Assembly (NCBI RefSeq): GCF_009914755.1
Contig: NC_060925.1
Direction: 5' to 3' (one strand)
Source: the human T2T-CHM13v2.0 reference genome, Homo sapiens
DNA length: 64,000 bases
Position 1 is the stretch's first letter, and each line of letters begins with the position of its first letter. Below the pieces are notes generated by a model that was not told the DNA's origin, made no database searches, and saw nothing but the letters and a program-made list of their open reading frames with translations. Position numbers and translations under genes: made by a program. This document shows positions 57,217 to 64,000 of this stretch, piece by piece.

Positions 57217-60200
57217 GTAAGACACGGCTGCCGCGACCCTTGCGACCCCCACCCCGCCGCGGGAGGGCGTGGGGGGAGAGAAGGGCGCGGCCGGAGACCT
57301 CCTGGCGGGGCCGCGCGCTCCAAGTGCTGCGACCACGCGCCACCGCCCGCTCCTGGCGTCCCCGGGCAGGTGGCAGAAGCGCGTGGAGTGTGCACCCCAG
57401 AGGGGAGAGGCTGCGCTGGGGTCTCCGACCCGCAGGCGGGGCCCCAAAGAGCCGGAAACTTTGCGGCCAATGTTGGAGCCCGCAGCGGCGGCCGGAATGG
57501 CTCTGCCGGCTTCGGAGTAGGGCTCCCGTCCCGGCGCCCCGATTTCTGCTCCTTCTCTCCGTCGTGTGCATCCGTCCGCGAGCCCACTTCCCCGAGAGGA
57601 ATGGGGTCGGGTCAGAATGAGCTCTAGGGCCTCGGCGGCGAGGATCAAACTCCCGGGCGTCGAAGTCAGCTGAGCCGGGGAAAGAGGACGAGCCGGGCTA
57701 GATATACCTGCAGCCCCCTTTGGTTCGCGGAGTGCGGACCGCGTGGGGACGAGAACTCTAGCCAGAGTCTCCTCCGCCTCATTCAGGGGTACCTGCACTT
57801 CCGCCAGCACCCCGCAGGGCGCCAGGGGGATGGGGGATGATTTTATTAGTTTGGATGCATGTGGCCAGAGATGAACCCATAGCTCCCTCGGATCCCTTCT
57901 GTTCCTGAGAAGTAGAGAGTGCGCCGATGTAATTCTGTGCAGGACTCCGGCAGCCGGCAGGGGTTCTGGTGGCATCTATGTCCCACGTTTTAAAGCAGAG
58001 GCCCCTTACAGAGATGGTGCAGGAGGGTGAATGGAGGCAGGGAATGAGAAGTTTTCCTGACCCTCCCTCCCTTAACTCCACCCCCAGGTCTCTGCCTGCA
58101 CGCCCCTCCCCTCCTCCAGCTTGGCACTGGCTGCTCCTGCGTGCTGGGAGGTGCCCCCCTCTCCCGTGCCCGCCCGAAGAACCAGGCGCCCCAGTGCCCT
58201 CTCCGGGAGAAAGCGTGCCCCTGTCGGCGAGCCTGTTGCCAACGTATGGTTCCGAGTTCCCAAGAGCAGAGGCCAGCTGGAAGGGGTTTTCAGTTTGACT
58301 TTGGCCTTTCTCACGGTCTCCTCGCTCTTCGCCTGCTTAGCAGGGGCCTCTGCTGCGGTGACAGCCAAGGCCACAGCCACCCACGCAGGACCCGTTCACT
58401 TTCCCCTCCGAGCTTACTTGTCTTTCTACCCTAAGGGGCTGCTGCGGCCAGAGCAGCCTATCTGAGCAGTAAGTTAGGTGGCCTTTAGTTGGGCTTCTCT
58501 CTTCTGGGGTGCCTCCAGCAGCCTGTCCCCCTGGCTGGTGTCATCAGATCAGCTCTCTTTGCACATTTAGACACTGCAAGGAGGCCAGCTGGTGTTAATC
58601 TAGTTTTATCAGAAATTCTCACCTGCTGGAGTAAAAAGAGACTGCCTGCCCCTCCCTCTGGCGGATATGAAGATCCTCCTGAGCCAGCATGCATCTTGAT
58701 CCACCTTTTTTTTTTTTTTTAAGTGGTGAGGTAAACGCCACCCTATGGTCTTTTGAGGAAACAAATGCATTGGTGCCAGGTGAGAGGGGCTGCACCAAGT
58801 CACTGCTGCACGAGGAAACCACCTTGTGGGAGACCAGCCCCAGGAGACAGCAGCTGCCCACGCATGTACCTGTGTGTACCCTCCCTGGTCTCCCTTCACT
58901 AGGTGCCTTTCCCAGCCTTAGCCCTGCTGCATTGACAGCATCGGCTGCAGGGCACCGTCCATTCCGCTGACCCCTGGCTCCTTGCCCTGGGGATCCAGCT
59001 TTTCCCTTTGTGAGATCAGAATCCTATGGGATTTTTGTGAAACAAACAAATAAACAAACAAACAAAACAAACCATTATAAGAAACCAGGAGAAAATAAAG
59101 GGAAGATATGCAAACCACAAAAGTAATAAAACAGGTGAGCTGTAGGTGCACAGATTTCTGAATTTTCAGTGACATAATCCTGGCTTTTTTTTTTTAAATT
59201 TTGCTTTGGTTGCTATTGTACAGTTTACTGGGTGCACAGGCTCCTGCTCCTCTCCACACGGAATGAGGGATTCCTGATCCTTGGTGGTGGTTCTCATCTG
59301 TAAGTCAGGCACACCTGTCTCTTGGCGTTGCTGAGAGGATGAAACGTGATTACATAAAGCCCAGCGTCTGGTGCATAGGAAGCTCTCTGGGGATGGTGGG
59401 TCCATCTTGCTCTTCTGCAGAGCTGAGCACTGGTCCCATCTCTGGGTGGGGGTCGCTGCAGCCAGGGCAGCACTGCCCTCTGGACCACTCAGAAGCAAAG
59501 GCTCTTTGAGTGCTTTTGATCCCTCTGCTCCCCTCTCCACCTGCAGTGGAGTCCCAGGCAACAAAGCAGCTCAGACCAATCTTGCAGGTGGTTTTATTGC
59601 CCCCCTTCCCCAGGAGTGGTTTAAATGGCCCCAGCTCTTGGAAATCTGCCACTTGGCCCAGATCCACTTCTCCAAGGCCTCCTGGCTTATCTGAAGCTCC
59701 CGGGACAACTGAATATTCATGGCTGATTCTGCTCTTTGATGAAATGCAGCTTCTTTCAATTCACTCATTCATTTGACCAACACAGGCACCTACCACATGC
59801 CAGGCATTGACTGGGGTTGTGATGATGAATAAATCAGTCAGGATGTCATAGACTGTTGAGGAAAATTGAGGCCAACTTTGTCTGAATTTGATAAGTGCTA
59901 GGATGGCAGCAGGAACAGAGTGTTGTAGCAGAAATTCTTCCTGGGGGCGAAGGAAGGGGGCTCAGAGAAAGCCTCCCTGAGGGAGTAGTGTTAGGTTAGA
60001 ACTTGCTGAGAAAATCTATCACGTGTCCTCAGCACTTGCCATCCTCACTAAACTCCCATTCTGGAAACTGCCCAGACCACTGGCCCAAAGATCTTTTCTT
60101 TTTTTCTGGAAACTTCCTTCCCTGCAAGTCCTCTCCTGGATTGCAGATTGGATGAGAGGGCAGTTTTTGCTGAATGAAGGCTCGTTTTTTATTTTTATTT

Positions 60201-61149
60201 TTTCCCTTTGATGTAGGTGTCTCAGGTCCATCCAGTCTGCAGGACCAGCTGTGGAGAAGCCCCATCCTTAAAATTCCCCAGTGCCTTCTCCACCCAAGCA
60301 ACAGTGCTCTCGGGATAACACTCATATCATGAGTGGGATGTGCTGTCTCCTAGGGAGTGGCTGGAAAGGAGAAGTGATTTATGATCACTCCAACTCCTCA
60401 CTGAAACAATGAAAAACAATTTTTACAAGTGGACATTAGTAAAGAGAGTCACCTCTAGTCCTATTCAGTGAAACTCTACTAATAAAGACCACCGTTGGTA
60501 CCTTCATGTTCCAACAATTAGGGTGTTTATAAGTATATACACGATTATTCATACCTGTAATGAAAGTTCATTGTTATGCCCCAACATGGCCAGAGAGTTT
60601 GTCTAGTGGTCAGGGGTATAATTATACTTTTATATTTAAAAATTATATCTATCTTGATTTGGTGAAACGAAAATGTTGATATCTCAGTGACACGGAAAGT
60701 CGAAGGGAGGAGGACCTCCATTGACCTTTAACCACTCCATTGGACTCAGGACATCAGATAGGGACAATTTATCCCTAACACACTGCCTACTCTTTGATGC
60801 TGCTAAAGTCTTGCTTGCTCAATAAAAGCACCACAGGCTGGCTCTGCTTCTTCTCTCTCTCTTTCCTCTAGACCCAAGGCTCAAACTGATGATTAATCAT
60901 GTCCTACCTCCTGGCATCTTTTGTATCATAGATTTTTTGTTGCTGTTTTGAGACTTTATTCTTTGTCTATCTGAGTAGATCTTAAACTCCTGGGGAGCAG
61001 CAACTATTTTAAATGTCTTCTTGAAAGAGCATGTTATCCACAAATACATATAGACTAGAATTATACTCCTGGAATAGGCATTAGAGATCATCTGGTCCAA
61101 AGCCTTTATTCAATATAAAAGTGAAGTAGGCCTGAGGATGCAAGGACCA

Positions 61150-62030
61150 AGGAAGTTTACAGCCTACTAAACCTTTTGAAGGAAGTTCCTGAAGATGTTT
61201 TTCAACAAAGTAAGGGAGTAAACCAAGAAAGGAGATATGAGATTCAGGAAACAGTGAATCCTATACAGAGTAGCCATGAAAAGCAACCCTGGGATGAAAT
61301 TGTTCAACAGAATGAGAGAGTAGTTACTTTTCATTAGAGTGGAAGGAAAGAGGTCTCCGAAGGTGACATGAGAGAAGGACATTCTAGAGAGTAGAGAGTA
61401 TTATTAGGACACTGCAAAAAATTAAGGTTGTAATGAAAAGCAGAAAGCAAGCCAAAAAAACCACCCAAACAAAACAGAAAGCAATTAGTAATTGCAGTAA
61501 AGACAAAGAGCCATGCAAAAGCATTAAGATCCAAAATTGAAGCAGCTTGCCCAATCAGGTCAGAAGGTCAGCAGGCTTCAAAAAGAAAAAAAGAGTCCAA
61601 ACAATAAATGGAGTGGGAAGAAATTTGGAGGTTATTAGGGATATGATGTAGAAGGCAAATGTTTCTTCTATCAACAAGAAAAAAGAAACATAATCAGAAA
61701 CTTCTGGAAAAACAAAACATTTCTTATGAAAGGGATAGCCTAAATATGAAGCAGTCCAAAATGTGGCCTGATTTTGAGCATGTGGTGGAATGTAAGAAAG
61801 GCTCTAAGCGCATAGGGTCTGTCATTGGAACAGTGGTGCATGATATGGACTGTTTGGCTCTGCAGTAAAGAATATTTGCTTAGTCATAATAATGTAAATG
61901 CTGCTTAGTGGCTTTCAACTTCTAAAATCAACAACAAAGCACTGAAGACTACTTAAGAATAGCTATAAAGGAGTACGTAAAGAGTTTCTGGCTTGACAAC
62001 ATAAAAGAAGTTGGAAAGTAGAAGAAGAGA
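61150..62030 (+). mobile_element. Probable old L1M/HAL1 fragment in STUM intron 1
   Basis: Strongly A-rich plus strand with L1-like composition; weak motif support. Confidence 0.4.
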
Positions 62031-62040
62031 GAAGAGGAAC

Positions 62041-62465
62041 TGTGATAGATTAAATTATTGTTCCCAATTATTCACTGTTCTCCCTGAAAGAGGATTTCAC
62101 ACCCCCACCCGATGCCATATGGCTTGCCTGCCCTTGTAGGAGAATACTTCCTCCCCTGTCCACTGATACCCGGTTTGGCCACGTGACTCGCTTTGGCCAA
62201 TTGAATGTGAGTGGAAATGACATATTCCATGCCGAACAGACACGTTAAGAGGTGGTGTGAAGTTCTGACATTGTTCTTTTCCCTGTCTCCTGAAAATGGC
62301 AGGTCTCAGATGGGGGATGCCCTTCAACTAGTTCCCAGAATAAACAGCACATCAGAAGCAGGCCATGGCATGGCATGTGAATCAGAAATAAGCCTGAGTT
62401 GCTGAGATTTTGTGGTTGTTGGTCTTGTTATTGTCCCAGCATGACATATGCAAAGCTGACTAACA
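62041..62465 (+). mobile_element. MLT1I/J-like LTR
   Basis: tgtgatagatt...tttggccacgtgactcgctttggccaat...gcaaagctgactaaca. Confidence 0.75.
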
Positions 62466-62819
62466 GCAGATGGTAGGGTAGAGGCATGAATACCCCAATC
62501 ATATAAAACGGGAGTCAAGAGATGCTGTCTGTAGTTAATAGACCAAGAAATAAAAGTCACCAAGGTGACCAATAGATGAACTGAAATAGTTGATGTGTTG
62601 GGACAGTGGGATGAGAGTGAACTGCTGGAATCATCTGGAAACAAGAGTAAAAGTGCGCTGAGGGGTGATATAAGCAAGCTGGCTTGTGTGTATTACAGCA
62701 GAAAGTGGATAGGTAATGTCTAAATTTGATAAAACATGAAAAAGCAATATAAGTGTACTCTTTGGAGACTGGGGAAGCATCAGAATTCCCAGTCTTTCTG
62801 GCATCATCAATTTTCCTGT

Positions 62820-63935
62820 CTACTGGCTCATTCCCAGCAGCACACATCCATGCTGAAATTGTCTATCTTCTAAAAATAGCCTCTCCTGATCCATTATCCC
62901 CTCTGACCTGTGCCCATTTCTTTGCTCCCTTTCACCGCAAAATTCCCTGAAAGAGCTGTCTGTATTTGCTATCTCCAATTCCTCCTCTCTCATTTTCTAG
63001 TGAACTCACTTTAATCATGTTTTTGCCTCCATCACTCACTTACACTGCACTTGTCAGGGTCGCCAGTCTCCTCCAGGTTGCTAAATCCAGTGGCCGGTTC
63101 TCTGTCTTCCTCTTCCTGGACCTATCAGCAGCACCGGCCATAGGGGCTCACTCCCTCCTCCTGAAATGCTTTCTTTACTTGGCTTCTACAGCACTACTCC
63201 CTCCTAGTTTTCTTTTTACCTCAAGGCTCTTTGCTTCCTTTGCCTCTCTTGACAACCTCTAAACTTTAGAGCTCCCCAGGGCACTTGGTCTTCTTGACCC
63301 TGATCTTCTCTTTTCTGCCTGTATTCACTCCCGCAGTGATCTTGCCCAGCCTCTGGGCTTTCAATCGCATTTTTATGATGATGACTCCCCAGTTTAGATC
63401 CCCAGCTCAGGCCTCTTCCCTGAACTCTTGAGTCATATATCCAACTGCCTTCTCAGTGTCTCCACTTGGAAACCAAAAGGCATCCTAGACATAACGCATC
63501 CAAAACCAAACTCCTGGTCTTCTTCCCCAGACCTGCTTCTCCCTCCTCTTTCCCCATCTCAGCAAATGGCGGCCTCCCAGTGGCTCAGGCCAAAAACTGA
63601 GACTCAACTTTGACTCTTTTTTCTTTTTAACCCCATGCCCAATCTGTTAGGAAGTCCTCTTGGTCTGCTTTCCAAGCCTGATCAGTATCTGACCACTTCT
63701 TACCACTCTCTGATTCAAGCCTCCACGTTCTCCTGTATTACTGCAGTAGCTTCCTACATGGTCTGCTTGTCCGTACTCATGTCCCTTAGAGTCTGTCCAC
63801 AAGATGGCAACCAGAGTGCTACTTTTTAAACACGAGTGAGTCGGATTGTGTCACTTTTGAGCTCAAAACTTTCTAATGGCTCCCATGTCACTCAAAGTAA
63901 AAGCTCGAGTCCTTATAATGACCTGTAAGGACCTA
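62820..63935 (+). mobile_element. L2 (L2a-like)
   Basis: gttgctaaatccagtggcc...ctatcagcagca...atatccaactgccttctc...ctcaggccaaaaac...tggctcccatgtcactca. Confidence 0.8.
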
Positions 63936-64000
63936 AGCCAGAACTTTCCAACAGAAATATAAGTCACATAGAGAATTTAAAATTTTTCTAGTACATACCT

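Larger units (their letters stand above)
56740..57760 (+). promoter_or_regulatory. CpG island / STUM promoter and 5'UTR
   Basis: Very high GC and CpG density, GC box gggggcgggg near 56760, no TATA seen, spans exon 1. Confidence 0.88.

Noticed and set aside
56544-57975. Long ORFs on both strands over the CpG island (347, 324 and 260 aa)
   Set aside because: Stop-poor GC-rich sequence; only 57015-57216 has a recognisable protein, Kozak context and splice donor.

Overview
Repeat-rich primate (most likely human) genomic DNA. It is intergenic up to a CpG island holding coding exon 1 of STUM (+ strand, ATG 57015), followed by intron 1; the 1q42 location is inferred from gene identity. Main elements: (1) a minus-strand ERV1 (MER61-like) provirus at 1-2870 whose interior is occupied by an intronless CDKN2AIPNL copy that still forms an open 122-codon ERV/host chimeric frame, the best candidate here for an undescribed system (retroviral gene capture); (2) a 5'-truncated, nearly full-length L1PA5/6-like LINE-1 with TSD (7311-12951); (3) a complete but decayed class III provirus (43354-51128) with two LTRs, a 5-bp TSD, a tRNA-Ser PBS and gag-pro-pol-dUTPase plus a gamma-type env, nested in MLT2/MLT1 LTRs; (4) many Alu, MIR, L2, MLT and DNA-transposon fragments, including two locally templated insertions (one a perfect 74-bp inverted copy) and a fused inverted Alu pair. 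Repeat subfamily names and comparisons with parent genes or tRNAs come from recalled sequences, not from a search, and need RepeatMasker/BLAST confirmation. Most ORFs in the supplied track are spurious.
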